Positions 13,266 to 26,873 are shown, numbered from the stretch's first letter. The stretch is DNA of 64,000 bases from Octopus vulgaris (GCA_951406725.2 OX597823.1:15128001-15192000), one strand, 5' to 3'. The notes: a model not told the origin generated them from the sequence alone. Made by a program: numbers and translations.

Positions 13266-14158
13266 GTCACGACAACTTTCTCTTTGGTTTTATGTATGCA
13301 TTTTACGTATGCATACTCATACGTATACTTGCAGGTCTAGACATGTGTATATGTATTTATATATTACATCTTTAGAAACTATTGTACATTTTTGATAATG
13401 TCATTCATTGCTTGTATCTGTAGTTCTCTAATCAGTATTCCCTGTCCTCTTTTGGACGTATCAATGAACGTATGTATGTGCTCGCTACGGATTCTGAAAG
13501 AAAACTTCATTTAATCAAGACACCCTTGGCCGGAAGAGTAGCCTATGATATACACCTTGCTTCGATATTTACCACTTCCGAGCTTACACTCGCTATGAAG
13601 CATATCCATTCCTTAACTCTTAGATTTTTATACAGATACCTAGCAACCATGGCTGCCAGCGGTGAAATATAAAATAATTCTTTACAGCCTCTCGTACTTC
13701 GATGGGGAAAATATCCATCCATACCCTTCCACCTCAGTAAACCACCATTGTTCTTGATGATTGTGTTATATTTTATTTTCTACGGATTGTTTCAAGTTTA
13801 CTTACTTTCTGCACCTCGGTTCATGGGCCCTACATTTGTTTATATACCTGATTATTTATCTAACTATTTATCTATCTATACATGTGTGTGTGTGTGTGTG
13901 TGTGTGCGTGTGTGTGCGTGTGTGTGCATATATTTATGTACGGGACCATGTATGTATGAAAATACACACACACACACAAACACCTACACACACACACGCA
14001 CACACACACACATACATATATACGCATTCATAAAAATATACATATGCATACTAACATGTACATAAACACGAAATTCTTTTATCCCATATATATAAGTGAA
14101 CGTCTAAAAACCGGTCCATTTCAATTGCATTTGTTACATATATTCTTACATTTTTCAG

Positions 14159-14230
14159 AGGCCTCGATGGCAATGGAATCACGAACATCGGAAACGGTTT
14201 TTGGCAACACCTTCAGAATTTAAAGAGATT
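14159..14230 (+). CDS. LRR exon 7, 'WQHL' type (GLDGNGITNIGNGFWQHLQNLKRL)
   Basis: ttcag|72 nt|gtgagt. Confidence 0.9.
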
Positions 14231-14428
14231 GTGAGTTGGGTATATTTTGCTTGTGATTCTATATTTATTAGATTTAATATGTTTCAACGCACGTTCACAC
14301 ATAGATATACATTTATTTTTATATGTCATTATTCAGTTTAATTTCAAAATTTCTCGTCAGTAGGGAAAGAGCTGGTTTCTAGATTCAAGGCTCATGTGTA
14401 TGTTTATATGCATGTATATATGTTTGTA

Positions 14429-16640
14429 TAGATAAACTTAGATAAACTTAGATATGTTTCGACCAAAGATTGGTCCAGGCCATGTCTAGCTTAATAGCAC
14501 CACCTGATAGGATTATTCGAATCCTGTTTAAGGCAAGTTTTGTTTAAGTCAAGTTTTGTTCAAGAAGTGAGTTCTTGTTGGGTGAGTTGTATCAAGCTTT
14601 GTTCAAGTAGTGAGTTCTTGTTGGGTGAGTTGTATCCAATTATGGGTGGCTTATCGGGTATTCTTTGAAGGAATCTATCCAGACTCCGTTTAAAGTTGAT
14701 GGGATCCTTTTCCTCTTTGATCTCCTTCAGGACAATGTTAAATAGGGCAGGGCCTGTTGAGGAAAAGAAATTATGTTGCAGTGTACATGTATGTTGTGAT
14801 CTTGAATTGAGCAGGGGTCGTATGACCCGTGGTCCCAGTCTTGGATGAACCTTGAAGCTAATGTTAAGGTCGTTTGGGCAAAGTTGGTGGTATATTCTCC
14901 ACGTCGTACAAATGATGTACCGCTCACGGCGACGCTGGAGGGAGTAAAGTTTCAAGGCTTTAAGGCGATCCCAATAATCGAGAGCAGCCATGCCTTCAAT
15001 TTGTTTAGTGAGTGCCCTCTGGGGAGACTCAATTCTGGAGATGTTTTGTCTTGTATGGGGAGACCACAGTGGGCAGCAGTATTCAAGGTGTGGCCGTACA
15101 AGGGAGGAAAAAAGTGGTATGATAACACCTTGTTCTCTGGACCGGAAAGTTCTTAAGATCCAGGAACTCATCCTACGAGCTATATCGACCTTCTTGTTGA
15201 TGTGTGCACTCCAACTGAGATCGTCATCAACAATTACACCCAGGTCTCTGATATTGTTAGAGGCTGTGAGCGGTTCCCCTGAAGGAAGAGAGTATGGTTG
15301 TTTTAGTGAGGAATTTCTTCCAAAATGCATCAGCTCAAATTTTCCCTCGTTCAGTTGCATTTTGTTTCTGTCTGCCCGTTAACTCACGGCATATAGATCA
15401 GACTGGAGTTGTGTTCGGTCTGCTTCCTCATTGACGATTTGCTGGAGCTTAGTGTCATCAGCAAATATTTCCACTTTGCAGTAATGTACGACACTGGAAA
15501 AGTGGTTTATGTAAATTATGAAGAGTAGCGGATCGAAAACAGTCCCCTGGGGAACACCGCTGGTGACTTTTGCAGGGCTTGAGTGGACTCCATCAACTAC
15601 AACATGTTGTGTTCTATTCGCCAGGAAATACTTAATCCAGTGTAGAACTTTTCCACGGATTCCAACATTTGCCAATTTTGAGAGTAGGATATTATGGTCT
15701 ACCCTGTCGAACGCTTTACTGAAGTCAAGATATATGACGTCAGAGTTCGAACCTGTTCCCAAGGCTTTGAGTACATCTTCAATGTGGTGTAAGAGCAGTG
15801 TTAGACAGTCCCTGCCACAGCGAAAGTCATGCTGATTTGTATTTATGAGTTTGTGGGTCTCCAGGAAGTCAGCTATCCTTGATCTTAGCACTCTTTCAAA
15901 CACTTTAATGATGTGGGAGGTGAGTGAGATTGGGCGATAGTTGACTGCGAGGGATCTGTTTCCCTGTTTGAAAACCGGGATGACCGACTGGGATAGAAAC
16001 TGTTTCGGTATATAACCTGCGTCTAACGAATTTCTCCAGAGGTTGGTCAGAGGGACTCCAAGTTGGTGTCTACATTCCTTCAGGAGACTAGCGGTGAATC
16101 TATCAGGGCCTACAGCAGTGTAATATTTGACCTCATTTATTGCTGCTACGATGTCAGTGGCAGTGAAGGTTATGTCTGAGATTTTATGTTGGGAGTCAAC
16201 TTCGTTCGTTTCTCTTACGTCAATATCAGTGGGAACACTGGAGACAGAGCAGTATTGTTTCTGCAGTATTTCTGCCATTTCTTTAGCATCGTGTTGGGGA
16301 ATGCCGTTATCATCAATCAATGGCCCAATGGGTGAGACAGTGGTTCTATGCTTATTTGCATAAGAATAGAACACTTTTGGGTTCTATTTGATGTTTTTGA
16401 TTACCCACTGTTCCTCCTCAGCTCTTTGATTTTCAATGGAGGTTTTCATGTTGGTCTGCAGATGAAGTTTTTCCATCTCTAGTCTTTTCATTGTTGTTGA
16501 ATGTGGATGTTGTGTGTGGGAATATTTCAATTGGTTGATTTTTTGTTGAGTCTTTTGATGCGCCTGATGAGTGTTTTTTTTCTTTTTAGGGAGCCGGTTT
16601 CTGTTTGTGTTAGTAGATTTCGTGGGAGCGTGTTTAGAGC
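14429..16640 (-). mobile_element. 5'-truncated CR1/L2/Jockey-group LINE (RT ORF with one in-frame stop at 15379-15381)
   Basis: NYRPISLTS, YLDFSKAFD, GVPQG, FADD, VRPHLEY; (TCTAAGTTTA)n 3' tail. Confidence 0.93.
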
Positions 16641-16663
16641 ATGTATAGGTGACAATGTTTTCA

Positions 16664-16718
<55 letters not shown>

Positions 16719-16861
16719 TGTATGTATGTATGTATGTATGTATATACAGGCGTGTATAAGTGTGTATCGTTGTATTGAAGGATGTAGGTATACATATTAT
16801 ATTCTTCTACTTACACATGTCTTTCATTTATTCTTATATATAGATACTTATATATAGACGC

Positions 16862-16895
<34 letters not shown>

Positions 16896-16899
16896 GTGC

Positions 16900-16954
<55 letters not shown>

Positions 16955-17446
16955 TGGATAGACATGCACGCATGCACATACATATGCAATTATACACACA
17001 CATTCACACATACACACACATACAGAGTCAAAGATACAAATATACGTACATAAATATAGATTTTATGTTTCCACACACATACGTACATATACATATATTT
17101 TTATACGTCATTCAGTTCAAAATTTCTTACCAATAGAAAAGGAGCTTGTTTCTAACCTAGATCCAAGGTTCGTGTGTATGCATGTTTGTATGCGTGTATA
17201 TATGTTTGTATATATATATATATGCGTGTATATGTGTGTATGATGAGAAAGATGCATTTGTGGCGATGGGCGTGTGTGTACATATATTCTTCTACTTACC
17301 TTATCTCAGGCCTCCAGGCTCCTCTCAGCTATTCCTTTTCTATACAACCCACTTTTCCTACCAAAATCTCAATAACTCTTCTTCACACTTTAATGTCCTC
17401 TAATGATCTGTCTTTTCATTTTATGGTTTGTCTTTTCATTTTTCAG

Positions 17447-17518
17447 AAACCTTGCTTATAATGAAATATCGAACATTGAAGAAGGTAAATTCGAAAACCT
17501 TGACAGTTTAAAGAAGCT
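17447..17518 (+). CDS. LRR exon 8, 'FKNL' type (NLAYNEISNIEEGKFENLDSLKKL)
   Basis: ttcag|72 nt|gtaagt. Confidence 0.92.
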
Positions 17519-17971
17519 GTAAGTTGAATCAGACTTGTCGTGTATGTTTATGAATTTTATATATGTATAGTAAACTCCCTCATATTCAACACCAACAGGG
17601 TCCAGAGAGTTGCTGAATAGCAACTTTTCCAGATATAGGATCATTTATTAAATGGTACAAAGCACCTTACAGAACTCACTAAAACTCTAAATATCCAGTG
17701 CGCGGAATCGCCCTTGTGTGTCATTGTGACATACAAAATGGAGTGTTGCTTTTGAAACTAGAGTATTTTGTTTTACTGCACTTATTGCATGTACGTGTAT
17801 TTTTAAGATTAGTAAACCTTATTTCTTACTCAAACTATACTTGTATTTTCCCCTATTTCCCTCATTTCTACTATTTTCAAAATATCACTAATAGATATAT
17901 AAAGTTTTAATGAATTTTGTAAGCTGCTTTGAACTATTTGATAAGTGATGATCAGTTATCAGGAACATTCA

Positions 17972-18045
<74 letters not shown>

Positions 18046-18231
18046 GGCAAGAAATAATTTTTATTTCTTGTTATAGAAACAAAAGGGTTTATAGGACTGC
18101 AAAAAAAGTGCTCAAATGTAATTGAGACAGAGATAAAAAAAAAACATTGATCATAGAACAAACATCAAATTCGAGTCAACGACTTTATATATAACACCAT
18201 ACCTCGAAATATTTGATCATATATAAATATT

Positions 18232-18407
18232 ACCGTGGCTGTGTGGCAAGTAGCTTGCTTACCAACCACATGGTTCCGGGTTCAGTCCCACTGCGTGGCA
18301 CTTTCGGCCAAGTGTCTTCTACTATAGCCTCAGACCGACCAAATCCTTGGGAGTGAACTTCGTAGACGGAAACTGAAAGAAGCCCGACGTAAATATATAT
18401 ATGTATG

Positions 18408-18448
<41 letters not shown>

Positions 18449-18710
18449 GAAATGATTTTTTTTTGACGTACTCTTTTGTTTGAGTGGAGTAAGAAAATAT
18501 TTTTAGTCGAGTGTTTTTATATATATATATATATATGTTTGTGTGTCTGAGTTTGTCCCACCACCATCGCTTGACAACCGATGTCGGTGTGTTTACGTCC
18601 CCGTAACTTAGCGTTTGGCAAAGAAGACCGATAGATTGATTCCTGGGATGGATTTGTTCGACTAAAGGTGGTGCTCCATCATGTCCTCAGTTAAATGACT
18701 GACAAAAATA
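18232..18710 (+). mobile_element. tRNA-derived SINE with internal microsatellite (same family at 60225-60640 and 62646-63230)
   Basis: tggctgtgtgg.aag A box, ggttcagtccc B box, shared 3' half. Confidence 0.8.
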
Positions 18711-19092
18711 TAGGAATATAAAGTATACATATATAAAAAAAAACACTCGACTAAAAATATTTTCTTACTCCACTCAAACAAAAGAGTACGTCAAAAAAAA
18801 ATCATTTCATGAAAATCATGGTAGGTTGGAGTCCAGGAGCAAAAAGTTTCACAGAATCAAGTCAAACACACCTATGGACATTTCGGGAGTTCATTGCCGC
18901 TGTTCGGTTACGAGTTAAAGTGCAATGAGCCCCCTCTTCACCACGATGAACAGGAAACTCAACAAAAAGTTTTTTTTATTCTTTTGTTGAGTTTCCAGCT
19001 CATCCTGATGAGGGTTCATTGCCGAGATGAAGGGATCATTCCTGCATCTCGATCCTTTGACCTTACATTTATCTATCTATTTATCTAATATA

Positions 19093-20384
19093 CGAGGGGC
19101 GTTCAATATGTAATGCCCCTGACCCACTTCCCATAGCAGTAGAGCAACGAAACTTGGCACAGTTATTAGTCTTTTTCTACATAGGAACCACCCAGAGTTA
19201 CGCATTTCTCCCATCGTTTGATGCGGCTCTGGAGACCGTTTTTGTAGATGAACCCAGCTTGGTCCTCCAACCTCAACGTGACTTCAGAAATCAAGGCTGC
19301 ATCATCTGGAAAACGCTTTCCTTTCAAAAACAACTTCATGACTGGGAAGAGGTGAAAATCAGAGGGTGCAGGTCAGGAAAGTAGGGGGGATGGGGGAGGA
19401 GTTCATAGCCATACGCCTGTGCTTCTGATCTGGCGACAAGCGAGTTGTGGACCGGAGCGTTGTCCTGCAGGAGGAGGATGCCTTTGCTGATCTTGCCCCG
19501 CCTCTTGATTTTGATAACTTCTCTTAATTTCCTCAAAAGTGAAGCATAATAGGCTCCTGTAATTGTGGTACCCTTTGCCAGGAAATCTGTCATCACTACT
19601 CCGTCCTGGTCCCAGAAGACTGTGAACATGACCTTGCCAGCGGAGGGCTGCACCCTTGCCTTCTTTGGAGAGGGTGAGTCATGGTGCTTCCACTGCATTG
19701 ACTGGGCTTTGGTCTCTGGATCATCGTGATGGACCCAGGTTTCATTCTTTGTAATCAGTCTTTTGAAAAATTTTGACGCATCTTCTTGGCACATCTCCAA
19801 ATTCATCCTCGAGCACTCGACGCCTTCTTGCTTCTGGAAAGGTGTGAGCAACCTGGGAATCCATCTGGCAGACACCGTTTGCATATGCAAATGGTCATGA
19901 ATGATAGTTTGTACAGACCCGGTACTAATCTTGACCTCATGGGCTATTTGGCGAGTAATTATGCGTCGATCTTCCAAAATGGCACCCTCAACTTGACGGA
20001 CAGATGCCTCATCAATGGCAGAAGCGGAGCGACCAGATCTGGGAGCTGTTTCCACAGAGTTCCGACCATGTTTGAATTCACGATGCCAGCGTTTTACAAG
20101 GTCATATGATGGGGCATCATCACCATAAGTTACTTTCATTTCATCAAAAGTCTCCCGTAGTGTGCGTCCTTTCAAATACAAAAACCGGATCACTGCTCGA
20201 CACTCAACAGGTTCCATTTCACACTTGACTCAGTTCAAACACCTGTAAATCAGAAACCACAATTAGTTCAGAGCTGTAATTTGTCACTTACTCTACAGAG
20301 ATATCAATAATTGCACATGCAAAATTCCAGCTAGATCAAACAATTGCAAATGGGTCAGGGACATTACTTATTGAACGTCCCTCG
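19093..20384 (-). mobile_element. Full-length (1292 bp) mariner transposon, inactive
   Basis: TA-flanked TIRs cgagggg.gttcaata.gtaatg; ORF 19336-20217 with WIPRLL and QDNAPVH; first catalytic D reads N (TKNETW); frameshift at YSPDL. Confidence 0.95.
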
Positions 20385-20579
20385 TATGTGTGTGCATGTA
20401 GGCATGTATTTACGAAAATATATACAATCAACAAACATATATACAAATTCATAAAACTATACATATTCATATTAATGTATATATACACACGAACTTCTTT
20501 CATCCCATATACATGAGTGAACGTCTAAAAACCGATGCATTTCAAGTGCATCTGCTACATATAGTCTTACGTTTTTCAG

Positions 20580-20651
20580 AGACCTGACCGACAACAGAAT
20601 TACGAAGATCGAAGATGGTTCTTGGCAACACCTTGAAAAGTTAAAGGAATT
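20580..20651 (+). CDS. LRR exon 9, 'WQHL' type (DLTDNRITKIEDGSWQHLEKLKEL)
   Basis: ttcag|72 nt|gtgagt. Confidence 0.92.
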
Positions 20652-21081
20652 GTGAGTTGGGTATATTTTGCCTCTCATTCTATATTTATTAGATTTTATA
20701 TGTTTCTACGAACATGCACACACATATATATATACATATATTTTTATATGACCTTATTCAGTTTTATTTCAACATTTCTTGCCAATTGAGAAAGTGTTGG
20801 TTTCTAACCTAGATCCAAGGCTTGTTTGTATGCATGTCTGTATGCATGTATATATGTTTGTGTGTGTATATATATATATATATGTATGTATGTATGTATG
20901 TATATATATTTATATAGTGACGTATTTTTGCCATTTCAATATGGCTAACCCCTAAGGGTGGCTGCTACTGTAGTTTTTAGCCCCAGGAGGACACACTCCT
21001 CCAGCTGGCCATAGACACACTATCTGTGTCCTGTCAGTATCTGCAAAGGGAAGTCATCCTTCCCGTCTTCAACTTATGATA

Positions 21082-21126
21082 CACACGGACTCGAGTTTCG
21101 AGGTATTGACCTCTCGTCAGCGTGTG
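21082..21126 (-). ncRNA. Type I minimal hammerhead ribozyme, inverted copy
   Basis: Exact reverse complement of the same motif. Confidence 0.85.
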
Positions 21127-21430
21127 ACAATCATAGTTGTCGCCGAGAATAGATTTCCTTCACAAATACTTATACTTTTTCCAGCGTCCACTGTCGCTGA
21201 TATTGAAAAAGTGAAATCAAACAATGATAAATACAGTAGCATCCACCCTTAGGGGTTAGCCATATTGAGATGGCAAATATACGTCACGATGTGTTACCGC
21301 TACTGTATATAACTCACTTTGATATTTATCATTGTTTGATTTCACTTTTTCAATATCAGCGACAGTGGACGCTGGAAAAAGTATAAGTATTTGTGAAGGA
21401 AATCTAATTCTCGGCGACAACTATGATTGT

Positions 21431-21475
21431 CACACGCTGACGAGAGGTCAATACCTCGAAACTCGAGTCCGTGTG
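21431..21475 (+). ncRNA. Type I minimal hammerhead ribozyme, copy 1
   Basis: CACACG-CTGACGA-GAGGT(CAAT)ACCTC-GAAA-CTCGAG-TC^CGTGTG: stem I, canonical core, stem II, palindromic stem III, GUC site at 21469. Confidence 0.85.
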
Positions 21476-21784
21476 TATCATAAGTTGAAGACGGGGAAGG
21501 ATGACTTCCCTTTGCAGATACTGACAGGACACAGATAGTGTGTCTATGGCCAGCTGGAGGAGTGTGTCCTCCTGGGGCTAAAAACTACAGTAGCAGCCAC
21601 CCTTAGGGGTTAGCCATATTGAAATGGCAAAAATACGTCACGATGTGTTACCGCTACTGTATATAACTCACTTTGATATTTATCATTGTTTGATTTCACT
21701 TTTTCAATATCAGCGACAGTGGACGCTGGAAAAAGTATAAGTATTTGTGAAGGAAATCTAATTCTCGGCGACAACTATGATTGT

Positions 21785-21829
21785 CACACGCTGACGAGAG
21801 GTCAATACCTCGAAACTCGAGTCCGTGTG
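21785..21829 (+). ncRNA. Type I minimal hammerhead ribozyme, copy 2
   Basis: Identical motif 354 nt downstream; predicted cut after 21823. Confidence 0.85.
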
Positions 21830-22138
21830 TATCATAAGTTGAAGACGGGAAGGATGACTTCCCTTTGCAGATACTGACGGGACACAGATAGTGTGTCTAT
21901 GGCCAGCTGGAGGAGTGTGTCCTCCTGGGGCTAAAAACTACAGTAGCAGCCACCCTTAGGGGTTAGCCATATTGAAATGGCAAAAATACGTCACGATGTG
22001 TTACCGCTACTGTATATAACTCACTTTGATATTTATCATTGTTTGATTTCACTTTTTTCAATATCAGCGACAGTGGACGCTGGAAAAAGTATAAGTATTT
22101 GTGAAGGAAATCTAATTCTCGGCGACAACTATGATTGT

Positions 22139-22183
22139 CACACGCTGACGAGAGGTCAATACCTCGAAACTCGAGTCCGTGTG
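22139..22183 (+). ncRNA. Type I minimal hammerhead ribozyme, copy 3
   Basis: Identical motif a further 354 nt downstream; predicted cut after 22177. Confidence 0.85.
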
Positions 22184-22395
22184 TATCATAAGTTGAAGAC
22201 GGGAAGGATGACTTCCCTTTGCAGATACTGACGGGACACAGATAGTGTGTCTATGGCCAGCTGGAGGAGTGTGTCCTCCTGGGGCTAAAAACTACAGTAG
22301 CAGCCACCCTTAGGGGTTAGCCATATTGAAATGGCAAAAATACGTCACGATGTGTTACCGCTACTGTATATAACTCACTTTGATATTTATCATTA

Positions 22396-22455
<60 letters not shown>

Positions 22456-22460
<5 letters not shown>

Positions 22461-22726
22461 GAAATGAGGTAATCAGAAGATCGGATGGTTCATATTTATA
22501 GATATTTATTTATATATTACATTTTTTACATATATATATCATATCATTCAGATCATATCATTCGGATTATTAGCGCTTTCTCCCATTCCAGTGGGGTTTT
22601 CAAATCAAATCAATTCCTTTGTGGGGAATTTGGTCATTTTATAGAGTTTCGTAGTAGTGAGGAGGAACAAGATAGTATAAGAGGGTGAGGTGGGTGAGGA
22701 GGAAGTGAGAGAGAGAACATGTGTGT

Positions 22727-22757
<31 letters not shown>

Positions 22758-24176
22758 CGTTTGTATCTGAGGCTAAAGAGAAAAAGGGGAGGGGAGAGGG
22801 AAGAAGAAGTATTTCTTTTGGCCTGCTGGACCCCCTAGGGTTTTCTAAGAATTTTAGCTCTCTGTCCATTCTGGTGTCACTGAGTGTGTGTTGGTGGGTA
22901 GGCTGGCCGGACAAATGTCATTTGGGGTCATACTTTCTATGGTCGTTTTGTGGAGGTGTGTGTGTGTGTGTGTGTGTCTGTATATGTTACCTGTTATATA
23001 CATTATATTGTTTTTGTAATTTACTTGATCTTTACTTGCCAATTGTCATTCTACTTTTAACCTTCCTATGATATGCAATTTTCAAGATGGTGTAATTTGA
23101 TTGTTCATTTTGATTCGATAGAAGGTGGGTTTTTCTCTAATATTTCATGTGTAAGCATGTATATATATATATATATAGTGACATTGAAGGACGCATCTTT
23201 CGATTTACAATCTAATATAGTAGAACATTTAGTATATGTCTGTATGTGTATATATATATATATCTGTGTATGTATATATGTATATTGCCTGTTATATACA
23301 TTATATTATTATCTTTATAATTTACTTCCATCTTTACCTTTTAATTGTCACTTTAATTTTAACTTTCCTATGATATACAATTTTCAAGATGGTGTAATTT
23401 GGTTGTTCATTTTGAACCGATAAAAGGGTTTTTTTCAAATATTTTATGTATAAGTCTGTGTGTATATATATGTATTGGTATAAATATCAACACACAAAAA
23501 TATTTTTTTCTTCTTCTCCATTTCCTCCCTTATTTTTATTTATTTTTTATTTTTTTATTTTTTTTTTTTATTTTTATATTTATTTTTATTTTTATTTTCC
23601 CTTTTCTCTTTTTGTCTCTCTCCCCTTCTCCAAACACACAGAGACACACACACACACGCACACAAACACACACGGACACACAGACACACACACACACCTC
23701 CACAAAACGATCATAGAAAGTATGACCCCAAATGACATTTGTCCGGCCAGCCTACCCACCAACACACACTCAGTGACACCAGAATGGACAGAGAGCTAAA
23801 ATTCTTAGAAAACCCAGGCCAAAGGAAATACTTCTTCTTCCCTCTCCCCTCCCCTTTTTCTCTTTAGCCTCAGATACAAACGCACACACACACACACATA
23901 CACACACACACATGTTCTCTCTCTCACTTCCTCCTCACCCACCTCACCCTCTTATACTATCTTGTTCCTCCTCACTACTACGAAACTCTATAAAATGACC
24001 AAATTCCCCACAAAGGAATTGATTTGATTTGAAAACCCCACTGGAATGGGAGAAAGCGCTAATAATCCGAATGATATGATCTGAATGATATGATATATAT
24101 ATGTAAAAAATGTAATATATAAATAAATATCTATAAATATGAACCATCCAATCTTCTGATTACCTCATTTCTTCTA
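22456..24176. repeat. About 500-bp inverted repeat (22456-22980 vs 23680-24176), Penelope-terminal-like
   Basis: Identical 67-aa ORF on opposite strands; arms are near reverse complements. Confidence 0.9.
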
Positions 24177-24208
24177 ATATATAATACCTGTACATCATCT
24201 CCAAACCT

Positions 24209-24294
<86 letters not shown>

Positions 24295-24541
24295 GCGTGT
24301 ATATGTGTGTATGATGAGAAAGATCCATTTGTGGTGATGGGTGTATATGTACATATATTCTTCTACTTATCCATGTCTCTCATTTATCCTTAGCTTATCT
24401 CAGGTCTTCAGGCTCCTCTCAGCTATTCTAATTCTATACAACCTCACCTTTCCTACAACAATCTCAGTAACTCTTGTTCATACTTTAATGTCCTCTAAAG
24501 GTCTGTCTTTTCATTTTATGGTTTGTTTTTTCATTTTTCAG

Positions 24542-24613
24542 AAACCTTGCTTATAATGAAATATCGAATATTGAAGAAAGTAGCTTCAAAAACCTCGGCA
24601 GTTTGGAGGAGAT
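24542..24613 (+). CDS. LRR exon 10, 'FKNL' type (NLAYNEISNIEESSFKNLGSLEEI)
   Basis: ttcag|72 nt|gtaaat (weaker donor than its paralogues). Confidence 0.88.
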
Positions 24614-24629
24614 GTAAATTGAATCAAAC

Positions 24630-24876
<247 letters not shown>

Positions 24877-25029
24877 CGTAGTATATATGTACAGTAAATT
24901 CCCTCACATTCAGCACCAACGGGTCCTCAAGGTTGTGGAATAACTCAAGTTTCCAAGTATCTGATTATCATTTATCAAAACCCGGTGCATTTCAATTGCA
25001 TCTGCTACATATACCCTTACATTTTTCAG

Positions 25030-25101
25030 AGACCTGAGCAAAAACAGAATTACGAAGATCGGAGATGATTCTTGGCAACACCTTCAGAATTTAAAGAAAT
25101 T
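25030..25101 (+). CDS. LRR exon 11, 'WQHL' type (DLSKNRITKIGDDSWQHLQNLKKL)
   Basis: ttcag|72 nt|gtgagt. Confidence 0.92.
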
Positions 25102-25311
25102 GTGAGTTGGGTATATTTTGCCTCTCATTCTATATTTATTAGATTTTATATGTTTGTACGCACATTCACACACACATATATATATACATTTATTTTTATA
25201 TGTCATTATTCAGTTTAATTTCAAAATTTCTCGTCAGTAGGGAAAGAGCTGATATCTGACCTAGATTCAAGGCTCATGTGTATGTTTATATGCATGTATA
25301 TATATTTGTAT

Positions 25312-25376
<65 letters not shown>

Positions 25377-25642
25377 TGTATGTATGTATGTATGTGTGTA
25401 TGTATAGGCGTGTATATGTGTGTATCGTTGTATTGATGGATGTAGGTGTACATATTATATTCTTCTACTTACACATGTCATTCATTTATTCTTAGCTTAT
25501 CTCAGGTCTTCAGACTCTTCTCAATCATTCCTTATCTATACTGCCCACCATTCCTACCAAAATCTCAATAACTCTTCTTCACACTTTAATGTCCTCTAAT
25601 GATCTGTCTTTTCATTTTATTGTTTGTCTTTTCATTTTTCAG

Positions 25643-25714
25643 AATCCTTTCTAGGAATCAAATATCGAATATTGAAGAAAGTAGCTTCAAAAACCTCGTC
25701 AATTTGGAGGAACT
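25643..25714 (+). CDS. LRR exon 12, 'FKNL' type (ILSRNQISNIEESSFKNLVNLEEL)
   Basis: ttcag|72 nt|gtaagt. Confidence 0.92.
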
Positions 25715-26207
25715 GTAAGTTGAATTAGACTTGTATATATAAACGCATGGTATATATGTACAGTACACTCCCTCATATTCAACACCAATAGGTTCTGAGG
25801 TCTACTGAAAAACGTAATTTTCCAGATATCTGATCATCACTTATCAAGTGGTCCAAAGCACGATAAAAACTGATTAGAATTCTATATATCCAGTGGGCGC
25901 ATTCGCCTTTGTATGTAATTTTGACATACAAAATGGAGTGTCCCTTCTCAAATACAGCATTTTATTTTACTGCATTTACTGTATATACCCGTATTTTATA
26001 AGATTAATAAAACCTGTTCTTTATGCAAATTATGCTTATATTTTCCGCTACTTCCCTCCTTTCTACTGTGTTCGAGATATTATTGATAGTACTGATGGAT
26101 ATATAGAGTTTTAATGTGTTTTGTAAGGTGATTTGGACCATCTAATAAACGATGGTCAGATATCTGGAAAATTCAGTTATTGAGCAATCCTCAGGTCCCA
26201 TTGGTAT

Positions 26208-26321
<114 letters not shown>

Positions 26322-26801
26322 ATGTGTTGTTGAAAATGCAACTAAATTTCAAAAACTCGTAAATGTTTAAAATATATTCATTTACATAAATACCAAACTA
26401 GTTTCAGCAATATTTTTTGTTTATTAATGGTAAAAGTTTAAAATCAGAAAAAAAGCATCTTTAAAAGTTTCAATGTTGACAAACTAAAACGTTTCACTGT
26501 TGACAAATTAAAATGTTTCAATGTTGATAAATTATCATGTTCAAAACAGAAGGTGTAAGTTTTTCGAAGAACTTAGTCTATGTTCTTAGATGTGGTGGTG
26601 ACTACATTGGTCAAACCAGCTTAACTTTGAGGGATAGACTTACGGTCCACAAGCAACAACCCGGGATCCCACCACTAGGAAAATTCCCGTAAGCATGCAG
26701 CTAGACATACACCCTAGATACCAAATCTTCCATCTCTATCAATGCACTAAAAACCGGTGCATTTCAATTGCATCTGCTACATATACCCTTACATTTTTCA
26801 G

Positions 26802-26873
26802 AGACCTGAGCGAAAACAGAATTAAGAAAATCGGAGATGATTCTTGGCAACACCTTCAGAATTTAACGAAATT
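26802..26873 (+). CDS. LRR exon 13, 'WQHL' type (DLSENRIKKIGDDSWQHLQNLTKL)
   Basis: ttcag|72 nt|gtgagt. Confidence 0.92.

Larger units (their letters stand above)
20917..22394. repeat. 354-bp tandem array (about 3.3 units, 21232-22394) preceded by an inverted partial unit (20917-21233); retrozyme/Penelope-terminal-repeat-like
   Basis: Near-identical units with one hammerhead each, flanked by (TA)n. Confidence 0.9.

Noticed and set aside
19336-20217. Active or domesticated transposase
   Set aside because: Catalytic D>N change and a frameshift before the third D; ordinary TIR-bounded mariner copy.
21232-22394. CRISPR-like array or repeated small ORFs (MFDFTFSISATVDAG...)
   Set aside because: Units are wholly near-identical with no unique spacers in a eukaryotic context; the ORFs are frameshifted between copies.
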